Source of the DNA: Spirochaetia bacterium
GTDB lineage: Bacteria > Spirochaetota > Spirochaetia > SZUA-6 > Bin103
Direction of reading: 5' to 3'
Assembly (NCBI GenBank): GCA_965199955.1
Contig: CBDATQ010000001.1
Coordinates: 1,472,001-1,536,000 of the forward strand
DNA: 64,000 nucleotides
Within the stretch, counting starts at the first letter, position 1, and each line of letters starts with the position of its first letter. The notes under the pieces were generated by a model. The model was given only the letters and a program-made list of their open reading frames with translations, did no database searches and was not told the DNA's origin. The translations under genes and the position numbers were made by a program. This document shows positions 29,269 to 37,453 of the stretch, one piece after another.

Positions 29269-31227
29269 ATGACGAAGAAGATCGCTCGTTACGGCCTGCT
29301 GGCGCTGCTTGTCTGCGCCGGCGCTACCGTGGCCGTGGCCGACATGATCGCCGACAACCACGGCAAGAACGCCTGGAATCTCTCCGAGTGGCAGCAGGTC
29401 ACCGGGCAGACGCTGACCCTCACGCAGTCGCCGATGCTGGATGCCATGGGCCTGCCGCCGCTGGACCAGCGGCTTCCCGACGACCCGCTGGTCCTGCTTC
29501 CCACCAGCCAGGTGAAGAAGATCGGCACCTACCAGGATCTCGCCAGAATCCAGGGGAACGGCCCGGAGGCGGTCGCCAGCAACACGACGCGGGTCATGTG
29601 CCGCTCCGCCGAGTACGGCGGCCAGGTGAACCGGTTCCTGCGCACCTGTCAGGACATGGTGGCGTCGAACGACAACCGCACCTGGACCATGACGCTGCGC
29701 AAGGGCGCCAAGTTCTCCGACGGCAGTCCGATGACCACCGAGGACGTCGCCTTCTTCGTGGAGGACATCGCGCAGTACGAGCCGTTCGGCACGGCGATCA
29801 CCAGCGGCTCGCGCCTGGTCGCGGACGCGGAGTTCCAGATCATCGACGACTACACGTTCAGCCTCACCTGGCCGCAGCCCAACATCGGCCAGACGGGCCG
29901 TCTGGGCGAGTGGTACTACGTCTGGTTCCACAAGGGGTACCTGAGCCAGTTCCATCCCAAGTACGCGGGGCAGGACAAGGTCGATGCCATGGCCAAGGAG
30001 GCCGGTTTCGCCAGCGCAGCCGAGTTCTTCAAGGACAAGGCCGACGAGGGACAGGGTTTCCCGCGAGCCAATCCCGATCTTCCGACCATGGCGCCGTGGG
30101 TGCTCAAGGTCGGCGCGCCGGCCACCACCTACGTGTTCGAGCGCAACCCCTACTACCTGGCCGTCGACGCGATCGGCCAGCAGCTCCCGTACTTCGACGA
30201 GGTGCGCCAGGACTCGACCACCGATCCGACGGTCCTCAAGCTGCGCGCGCTGAACGGCGAGTACGACTGGATGTTCACCCTGGGGCTGGACATCTTCCCG
30301 GCCGCCAAGACCACCGAGGCCACCGAGCAGACCATCCGCGCCGTGCGCTGGGGCGGAGTCCATCTGGTGGGTGGCGCCCAGCTCCTGGAGTTCAACCAGA
30401 CCACCAACGACCCGGACATGCGTGAGCTGGTCTCGAACCGCGACTTCCGCTGCGGCGTCTCGCACGCGATCTACCGCGAGGCGATCGCCACGCTGATCTT
30501 CTACGGCGCGGTGTCGTACGGCCCGCTGGCCTACTCGGAGCGCAGCCCGTTCTACAACGAGCGCGCCTCCACCGTCTGCGGCGACTACGACCTGGACATG
30601 GCCAACAGCCTGCTGGACTCGGCCGGCCTGAGCGAGCGCGACGACGAAGGCAACCGGCTGTGGAAGGGCAAGCCGTTCGAGTTCACGGCGACCATACGCA
30701 TCCAGTACAACAGCGCCGAGGTGGCCGACGTGGTCAAGCAGAACCTCAGCGATGTGGGCATCAACATGAACATCCGCTCGACCGACGGCTGGGGCGGACT
30801 GCAGTCGGTGCGTAATAGCGGCGAGATGCAGGCGTACATCGGCCCGGCGTGGAGCACCTATGCGACCGACGTGCTGGAGACCGCCAGCTTCGGAGCGCCC
30901 TACACCAACCACGCCTATTTCGCGCCGAAGTGGTCGCAGTGGGTGGCCACCGACGGTGCAGAGGGCGAAGAGCCGCCGGACGTGGTCAAGGAAGGCATCG
31001 CGCTTCGGCAGATGCTGGGCACCCAGTCCGACATGGATGACCAGATCGCGACCATGAAGAAGATCACCGACCTGCATGCCGACAACCTGTGGGCGATCGG
31101 CATCGTCGGCGGGATCAACACGGTCATCACGTCGTACGACATGGCCAACGTGCCCGAGGACGATCCCGAGAACTGCATGCACTGCGGCGACACCGGCCGG
31201 CCGGAGGTCTGGTTCCGCGACCAGTAG
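29269..31227 (+). CDS. ABC substrate-binding protein, family 5 (probably the oligosaccharide-binding subgroup)
   Basis: Signal peptide; LPPLDQRLPDDPLV, LRKGAKFSDGSPMTTEDV, FERNPYY...GQQLPYFD. Confidence 0.88.
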   Translation: MTKKIARYGLLALLVCAGATVAVADMIADNHGKNAWNLSEWQQVTGQTLTLTQSPMLDAMGLPPLDQRLPDDPLVLLPTSQVKKIGTYQDLARIQGNGPEAVASNTTRVMCRSAEYGGQVNRFLRTCQDMVASNDNRTWTMTLRKGAKFSDGSPMTTEDVAFFVEDIAQYEPFGTAITSGSRLVADAEFQIIDDYTFSLTWPQPNIGQTGRLGEWYYVWFHKGYLSQFHPKYAGQDKVDAMAKEAGFASAAEFFKDKADEGQGFPRANPDLPTMAPWVLKVGAPATTYVFERNPYYLAVDAIGQQLPYFDEVRQDSTTDPTVLKLRALNGEYDWMFTLGLDIFPAAKTTEATEQTIRAVRWGGVHLVGGAQLLEFNQTTNDPDMRELVSNRDFRCGVSHAIYREAIATLIFYGAVSYGPLAYSERSPFYNERASTVCGDYDLDMANSLLDSAGLSERDDEGNRLWKGKPFEFTATIRIQYNSAEVADVVKQNLSDVGINMNIRSTDGWGGLQSVRNSGEMQAYIGPAWSTYATDVLETASFGAPYTNHAYFAPKWSQWVATDGAEGEEPPDVVKEGIALRQMLGTQSDMDDQIATMKKITDLHADNLWAIGIVGGINTVITSYDMANVPEDDPENCMHCGDTGRPEVWFRDQ

Positions 31228-31233
31228 TCAACC

Positions 31234-31254
31234 GCGGCGGGGTGATCCCGCCGC
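31234..31254. terminator. GC-rich hairpin just after the substrate-binding protein gene
   Basis: GCGGCGGG-GTGAT-CCCGCCGC; no U-tract. Confidence 0.45.
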
Positions 31255-31480
31255 ACACGCGTGACGACGGCGCCAGGGCCGACTCGCATGAGCCGGCTCT
31301 GGCGCGTTCTTTGTGTCCGCCCCTGTCAGAACGACGGCACCCCGCCGGCTGCCTCGCTTGGCCGAGATGCTACTTCAAGTCATCATGATGGATTGAAGTG
31401 CTTGTTCAAACGATTCTCCGTCCCGCAAAGGTAGTTCGTACGGCGCAACTGGCGCGGTGAGGTCGTGGCAAAGGTAGGGC

Positions 31481-31504
31481 TTGAGTATCATGCCGATGGC
31501 ATGA
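31481..31504 (+). promoter_or_regulatory. Palindromic operator and possible -35 upstream of the FitA-like antitoxin
   Basis: TTGAGT at 31481, then TCATGCC-GAT-GGCATGA (31488-31504). Confidence 0.45.
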
Positions 31505-31517
31505 CATGGAGTTCGCA

Positions 31518-31790
31518 ATGAACCTGCACATAAGGAACGTGTCGCCGGGTCTGTACGAGCGGCTGAGTCATCATGCTCGAGTTCACAACCGGACCATCGA
31601 CGCAGTTGTACTCGCCGCCGTCGAGCGCGAGCTTCAGCGACGGGCATGGGCGGAGCGCTTCGCCACGCGTTCAGAGACCGACTTGGGCGTCGCGGCGGAG
31701 TCACTCCTGAAAGAGGTACGACGCGAGATCCAGGGTCGCGACCAGTTCAGCCCTGATCCTGATCGGATAGCGCCCGTAGGAGCGCCTTGA
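31518..31790 (+). CDS. FitA/VapB-like ribbon-helix-helix antitoxin, orphan
   Basis: MNLHIRNVSPGLYERLSHHARVHNRT; no toxin follows and the 3' end overlaps the convergent gene. Confidence 0.65.
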   Translation: MNLHIRNVSPGLYERLSHHARVHNRTIDAVVLAAVERELQRRAWAERFATRSETDLGVAAESLLKEVRREIQGRDQFSPDPDRIAPVGAP

Positions 31791-32692
31791 CGGCCGCGGC
31801 CGCGTTGCCGGCCGCGAGACCGAGGAAGGCTGCCATCTGGTTTGCGCCTTCGCCGCCACCCGCCAGGTCGGAGAGGCTCCGGACGGCGATGAAGGGCATG
31901 TCGTTCGCGTAGGCCACGTGGGCGACGGCGGCGCTTTCCATGTCCAGTACCCGCGCACCGAAGGTGGCGAAGGTGTGCTCGCGGAACGCCGCGTTGTCGA
32001 CGAAGGCGCCGCCGGACACGCCGGCACCGCCGACGACGATCCTGGGCGTGTTCCGCAGACAGGTGGTGTCCGCCGTGCAGCGCATCAGCTCGACGTCCGC
32101 TGCCGCGACGCGGGCGGCGGCAAGCAGCGAGTCGTCCACTGGGAACCAGAAGCGGGTCTCCAGTGTCGGCACCGGCCCGCTGTACGGCTACTGCGCGCGG
32201 GAACATCATCCCGAAGTTCGCGTAGGGATAGTCGAAGAACGGCGGCGTGCTCCAATTGCCCTCGACCTCTCGGGCCAAGACCAGCTCCAGGTATTGCCCC
32301 CAGCGGTCGGCGATCACGATGTCCCCGATGTTCAACGACGGATCGACGCCCTCCGCAATGCCGGAGAACACGATCCGTTCGACGTTGAAGTGGTCCAGCG
32401 CGAGCTGGGTCGTCATCGCAGCGTTGACGATGCTGATCCCGCTCAGGAACAGCACGACATCCTGCCCCTGCAGGGTCCCGGCCGAGAACTCGACCCCGTT
32501 TACCGAGTATGTCGACGCATCGGCGAGCTCGTGCTGCAGGATCGACAGCTCCGGTGCGAAGGCGGAAATCACCGCAGTCCGCTCAACGTCGTCCGGTATC
32601 TCGTGCGCCGTCGCGAAAGAACCCGAACCGAACGACAGGAGCGTAGCGGCAGTCAGAACAACGATCGATTTCGGTAGGCGGAGAGATGCCAT
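31747..32692 (-). pseudogene. mtnN: MTA/SAH nucleosidase-family protein with signal peptide, frameshifted near 32165
   Basis: AVISAFAPE, SGISIVNAA, FSGIAEG in one frame; LDMESAAVAHV, IAVRSLSDLAGG in the other. Confidence 0.8.
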
Positions 32693-32789
32693 GGTCACGT
32701 ACGCCCCTATTTCACGGCGCGGTTTCAGGTGACGGAGACTCGCACGTGGCGCGAGGACTCGCGCGACATGCGAATGAAGCCGGAGTGGT

Positions 32790-33122
32790 GCCTCGGCCGC
32801 AATGATCGGGTTTACCGCAACGTGGTCCTGGCGGATGGCGTCGGCAACCCAGCGTTTGTACCGCGGGTCTCCCGCTGACCGGTAGTACTCGATCCATACC
32901 GAGCTGTCGACGAGGATCATCGCTCCCGGTACTGACGGACCGCCTCCTGGTACCAGATCAAGCTCTGTGCTGCCCGCGTGACTCAACGCGGCCTGACGCT
33001 TGCGTTCCCGCACCAGCTCCCGGAGTGCGATCGCAATGGTCTCCCGCTTGGTTGACGACGCCAGCAGGGCTTGGGCTTCGCTCAGCAGCTCTTCGTCTAC
33101 CGTGACGGTCAAACCGGGTCAT
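32790..33122 (-). pseudogene. VapB-VapC TA remnant
   Basis: ATG ACC CGG (extra T) TTG ACC GTC gives MTRLTVTVDEELLSEAQ...TKRETIAIALRELVR, running into MILVDSSVWIEYYR; the toxin is truncated after about 45 aa. Confidence 0.75.
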
Positions 33123-33142
33123 TGCGGAAATGAACGGAACGT

Positions 33143-33937
33143 TTAGGCCTCCGCGTGCTCGTTGTGCGGGTTGTCCTCCGGGCCGAACGCCTCCCAGGTG
33201 CCGTTGAAGAAGATGCGCTTCTCGGGTGGGAGCTTCGCCAGGGTCTCTTTGCTGGGGAGGCGATAGGGCCGGTAGCCGTAGGTCGCCGCGCGGTCGTTGT
33301 ACTTGAAGAAGACGCCGTAGCGGGGCTCGTCTCCCTGCCAGGACGCGGCCCCGTGCGCGAGCGTCTCGGTGAAGATGATGGCCGAGCCCTTGGGCGCCGC
33401 GATGTTGCGCACGAGCGGGCCGTCGATGGCGAACAGGTGCTTGTGGTCCTCCGGCGGGACGTGGAAGTCACACTTGTGGGAGCCGGGGATGCAGGCGAAG
33501 CCGCCGTCCTCCTCGGAGATCTCCTGCAGCGTGAGGGACACGACGGTGAGCCCCGTGTAGATCTGGTCGCCATGCACGTAGTAGCGGAAGTTCACCCGGC
33601 CGCCGCGGTGGCCGCCGTGCATCTCGAAGTGCGGACAGCCCTTCGAGCGCACGAAGCTGTAGTTGCCCTCCAGCCGCAGCTTGGGCCCGATGATCTCCTT
33701 CAGGACGGAGATCAGCTTGGGATGGTCGATCAGAGTGGTGAACGGCTCGCCGAGGTTCACCAGTCCGTAGGTCTTTTGCCAAGTGCCGTTGGCGTCGTAG
33801 CCGTCCGGGGTCTTGTCCATCGGCTCCATGTGCTCGCGGATCTTGTGCTTGGCAAGCTCGCACTCCGAGTCCGAGAGCACGTCTTCGACGATCAGGAATC
33901 CCTGCAGGTCGAAGAGATACTTCTGTGTTGCGGTCAT
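33143..33937 (-). CDS. Phytanoyl-CoA dioxygenase (PhyH) family protein
   Basis: YLFDLQGFLIVEDVL, MHGG, GGFACIPGSHK, FTETLAHG. Confidence 0.88.
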   Translation of the reverse strand: MTATQKYLFDLQGFLIVEDVLSDSECELAKHKIREHMEPMDKTPDGYDANGTWQKTYGLVNLGEPFTTLIDHPKLISVLKEIIGPKLRLEGNYSFVRSKGCPHFEMHGGHRGGRVNFRYYVHGDQIYTGLTVVSLTLQEISEEDGGFACIPGSHKCDFHVPPEDHKHLFAIDGPLVRNIAAPKGSAIIFTETLAHGAASWQGDEPRYGVFFKYNDRAATYGYRPYRLPSKETLAKLPPEKRIFFNGTWEAFGPEDNPHNEHAEA

Positions 33938-34000
33938 CGTCCCTCCTTGGCGCTGCGCGCTGCTACGCAGGTGCGCGACGACTGTAGCATCGGCGTGTGG

Positions 34001-34525
34001 CTACTGCGATCCGCGGACGACCAGGGCCCGTGCCGCGGCGGCCGCGACGCCCAGCGCTGCCGGTACGGCGGCGGCGACCGCCAACTCGCCTCTCCACGTG
34101 CCGTCCAGTCCCCAGAGGGCCAGCTCTCCCGCGCGGACCACGGCTGCCAGGAACAGCTCCAGCGCGGTGACCAGCAGGAAGCGGTTGAAGAGCGTACGGT
34201 AGCCTTCGCCCGCGGCCAGCATGGCTTCGGGGGGAAGATCGTGCACCGACTGCCTGAGCCAGCGGCTGCGCACCCCGTAGCGGCTGTAGGCATAGACGAT
34301 GAACACCACGGAGGCGATCCAGCCGACGCCGGCCAGGATCGGCAGTCCGAATCCGAACATGAACCGCAGCAGGCTGACGCTGCCGCGCGGCGCGACGGTG
34401 TGGAGATCGCGCAGCAACCTCAGCAGTTCCAGCAGCAGTGAAAAGCCGTACCCGGCCAGGGCGATCGACGCCAGCGACAGCAGCGCGATCAGCGGCGCCT
34501 TGGCGCGCGCCGTGAGATGGTCATA
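34001..34525 (-). CDS. Hypothetical membrane protein, 5' end uncertain or truncated
   Basis: Four hydrophobic segments in ORF 34001..34750; no convincing start near the junction at about 34525. Confidence 0.4.
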   Translation of the reverse strand, partial: YDHLTARAKAPLIALLSLASIALAGYGFSLLLELLRLLRDLHTVAPRGSVSLLRFMFGFGLPILAGVGWIASVVFIVYAYSRYGVRSRWLRQSVHDLPPEAMLAAGEGYRTLFNRFLLVTALELFLAAVVRAGELALWGLDGTWRGELAVAAAVPAALGVAAAAARALVVRGSQ

Positions 34526-34554
34526 GTTCCCGGGCAGGCGCGCGTCACTCACGA

Positions 34555-34762
34555 GATGGGCCAGCATTCTACCCCTTTGCCGGAGGCGTCCGTCCGGTTC
34601 GGCGCCATCAAATCCAGCCTGGAGCATTCGGGTCAGACCATCCTCGACTTCGACGTCGCCATCGCCTCGATCGCCGTCGCGCACGGCGCGCAGTTGATCA
34701 CGGCCAATCTCGCCCGCTTCCAGAGGATCGAGGGCTTCACCTGCCGTCACTGGGCGCGATAA
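34555..34762 (+). pseudogene. VapC/PIN toxin C-terminal fragment
   Basis: FGAIKSSLEHSGQTILDFDVAIASIAVAHGAQLITANLARFQRIEG..W; the N-terminal catalytic LD motif is absent. Confidence 0.75.
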
Positions 34763-34791
34763 GCCGGGACGCGTTCGGAAGGGGGTGACCG

Positions 34792-36429
34792 ATGGCTGAT
34801 CAGAGGAAGGACCGGCGCGTACGGCGATATCGGGTCATGTGGGACCAGAACGCCGGGCAGGAGATGTACTACCACCCGCCGATCTCGGCGGAGCGGATCG
34901 CGCAGGCGCACTTCGGCTTCTTCCAGGGCCGCCCGGTGGACGCCTACGTCGGCGCCATGGGCTCCAACGCCGGCTTCACCGTGGGGTGGCCGACCAAGGT
35001 GAAGGGCGTGCAGTTCATCGTCGATCGCATGCAGCGCGGCGCCCGCATCGGGGACATCAAGCTGTGGCGCGCCGCCGAGCACCTGCGCCTCGCCTTCGAG
35101 GCCGGCATCGACCCCGAGGAGGTCAAGGTCCGCGAAGCCAAGCGCATCGGTGTCGACTTCTGGTTCCGCTTGGCCATGAACGACTGGCACCACTGGGGTG
35201 CCCACGCCGACGACGCCAACCTCTGGTCGGGCGAGTTCTTCATCGAGCATCCCGAGTACCTGATCGGCGAGGACGGCGCCGCCGGCTGGCCGGACAGGCT
35301 GTGGAAGGTGCTGCGCTTCTTCCAGGACTACGCCCACCAGGAGGTCCGTGACCTGCGGCGCGACCTGGCCTTCGAATCGTGCGAGCGCTACGACCTGGAC
35401 GGCTTCCTGTGCGACTACATGCGCTGCCCCGGCTACTTCAAGCGCGGCGCGGAGCAGGCCGGCATGGCGCTGATGACCGACATGATGCGGCAGATGCGGA
35501 TCGGCATCGACCGCATCGGCGAAGCGCGCGGCCGGCCGATCGGCTTCGCCGCGCGGGTGCCGAACACCATCGCCGGCAGCGAGCGCCTCGGCCTGGACGT
35601 GCGCACCTGGGTGCGCGACAACTTGGTCGACATCCTCGTGCCATCCTGCTTCTTCGGCCAGGACATGGAGGAGGACATGGGTGAGTGGGTGGAGCTGGCC
35701 GCCTCGACCGACACGCAGATCTACCCGGCGATCGAGGAGGGCTATCTGGCCGGCGACTCCGATGACAAGCGCTGGTTCGTGGAGACGCCGATCATGACGG
35801 GGATGACCAACGAAATGACGCGCGCGATCGCCGCGCGCCATCTGGCGAAGGGTGTTCCCGGCCTGTACGTGTTCAACTACTTCGGCACGGCGCCCACCTA
35901 CAACTACGACAACCGCGACGTGCTGGACGACATCGGCAATCCGATGCGGCTGGAGTTCAGGGACAAGACCTATGTGGTCATGCGCTCGCACGACTCGTTC
36001 CCCAACTGCCTGGAGACCGGGCACCAGATCCCGGCGGTGCTCGGCTCCGAGCCGCTGCCGATCACGATCGAGGTGGCCGACGACGCCCGCGGCAAGGCGG
36101 ACCGCCTGAGCGCGTGCCGCCTGCGCGTCCACCTGACCAACATGACCGGCTACGACGAGGTCGAGGTCGCCCTGAACGGCGAGCTGCTGGAGTGCGACAC
36201 GCCCATGCGCGCCGGCGCCTACTACCTGCGCTGGGTCGGGAGGGACTGGTTCGAGTACGACCTATCTGGCCACCTGCCGCGGCGCGGCCGCAACGAGGTG
36301 ACGCTGCGGATGGCCGGGCGCAACGAGCGCCTGGCCGACGAATTCGACATCACCGTCGAGGACATCGAGCTGGAAGTCCGCTACGAGTACCCCGACGGCA
36401 TCTGGCCCGATTCGCCGAGGCCGGGGTGA
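34792..36429 (+). CDS. GHL10-like TIM-barrel protein, paralog 4
   Basis: RRYRVMWDQN, LAMNDWHH, YDLDGFLCDYMRCPG, IEEGY, GLYVFNY, SFPNCLET. Confidence 0.65.
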   Translation: MADQRKDRRVRRYRVMWDQNAGQEMYYHPPISAERIAQAHFGFFQGRPVDAYVGAMGSNAGFTVGWPTKVKGVQFIVDRMQRGARIGDIKLWRAAEHLRLAFEAGIDPEEVKVREAKRIGVDFWFRLAMNDWHHWGAHADDANLWSGEFFIEHPEYLIGEDGAAGWPDRLWKVLRFFQDYAHQEVRDLRRDLAFESCERYDLDGFLCDYMRCPGYFKRGAEQAGMALMTDMMRQMRIGIDRIGEARGRPIGFAARVPNTIAGSERLGLDVRTWVRDNLVDILVPSCFFGQDMEEDMGEWVELAASTDTQIYPAIEEGYLAGDSDDKRWFVETPIMTGMTNEMTRAIAARHLAKGVPGLYVFNYFGTAPTYNYDNRDVLDDIGNPMRLEFRDKTYVVMRSHDSFPNCLETGHQIPAVLGSEPLPITIEVADDARGKADRLSACRLRVHLTNMTGYDEVEVALNGELLECDTPMRAGAYYLRWVGRDWFEYDLSGHLPRRGRNEVTLRMAGRNERLADEFDITVEDIELEVRYEYPDGIWPDSPRPG

Positions 36430-36704
36430 CCTTGCCGGCCGCGACCCTGAATTAGCGGGGCAAGCTTGTCCATCGGTTCCGTGCCGCTGGCGAGGCCGGC
36501 ACCGACGGGGTGTTCCCTCGCCATGTCAACGGCCTGCGGGTCGGGGTACACGTGGTGCGAGCGCCCAGAGATACGCCGTGTGATCACCGGCATGGTCAAC
36601 CCGGTGCCGATAGACGGCGACGCCACCCGCTGGCTGGCGCCCATGACGGTGTTGGGCCGCTGAGGTCCGTGATCGGCGCATCCACGGGCTCGGTGGGCCT
36701 GTCC

Positions 36705-36745
36705 TTGTCATTTGATATAAAGGAAGTAATAATCCCGTTATTCCG
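36705..36745 (+). promoter_or_regulatory. Probable sigma70-type promoter/operator of the AbrB-PIN TA operon
   Basis: AT-rich patch: TTGTCA-N17-AATAAT, overlapping the imperfect inverted repeat GGAAGTAA...TTATTCC. Confidence 0.45.
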
Positions 36746-36773
36746 TACTATCGTTCCTCACGGGAGGTGACCC

Positions 36774-36998
36774 ATGCTCGCCAAGCTGACTTCCAAAAAC
36801 CAACTCACCTTGCCCAAGGCGGTTCTCTCCGACTTCCCGAAATCCGATTATTTTGAAGTTACCAAAGAAAATGGACGCATCATACTGACTCCCGTGCGGT
36901 TGGCCCGCGCTGATGCCGTGCGCGCGAAGCTCGCTGAGCTCGGCATTTCCGAGGCCGACGTGGCCGACGCCGTCACATGGGCTCGCCGGGCGGAGTGA
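36774..36998 (+). CDS. AbrB/MazE/SpoVT-family antitoxin
   Basis: MLAKLTSKNQLTLPKAV...NGRIILTPV; GGAGGTGA RBS. Confidence 0.88.
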   Translation: MLAKLTSKNQLTLPKAVLSDFPKSDYFEVTKENGRIILTPVRLARADAVRAKLAELGISEADVADAVTWARRAE

Positions 36999-37432
36999 TC
37001 TGTGTGCGCGTGGTGCTCGACACCAACGTTCTGCTGTCGGCCCTGCTGTTTCCCGCCGGGTCGATATCCTGGCTGCGCCGAGCCTGGCAGTCCGCATCCA
37101 TGGTGCCGCTGGCGAGCCGCGCTACCACGACGGAGCTGATCCGCGTGCTGTCCTATCCGAAGTTTCGCTTGGCCGATGCCGAGCGAGACGACCTGCTGGC
37201 CGACTACCTGCCTTGGTGCGAGTCGGTGGTCGTGTCGAATCCGCCGGCCGTGCCGAGCTGTCGTGATCCCGCCGACAGGCCGTTCCTCGAGCTCGCGCTG
37301 GTGGGCCAAGCCGACGCTTTGGTGACCGGCGATGACGACCTGCTCTCGCTGGCATCCGGGTTCTCCATTCCCATCCTCACCGCACGCGCCGCGAGGGCCC
37401 GCTGGTTTGGCATGAAGCGCCCGCCCGGCTGA
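36995..37432 (+). CDS. PIN-family TA toxin
   Basis: VRVVLDTNVLLSALL, CRDPADRPFLELA, LVTGDDDLL; GTGA coupling to the antitoxin. Confidence 0.88.
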   Translation: MICVRVVLDTNVLLSALLFPAGSISWLRRAWQSASMVPLASRATTTELIRVLSYPKFRLADAERDDLLADYLPWCESVVVSNPPAVPSCRDPADRPFLELALVGQADALVTGDDDLLSLASGFSIPILTARAARARWFGMKRPPG

Positions 37433-37453
37433 CGATGCGCGGCAGGCGGCCCG

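Noticed and set aside
31170..31190. Heme c motif in the ABC binding protein (CMHC)
   Set aside because: The motif is CMHCG, not CxxCH.
31634..33112. 492-aa VapB-VapC-nucleosidase fusion as a real novel protein
   Set aside because: Each part is truncated or frameshifted and an internal signal peptide is present; best explained as a deletion artefact.
36430..36700. Short ORFs on both strands before the AbrB-PIN pair
   Set aside because: No recognisable motif or credible start.
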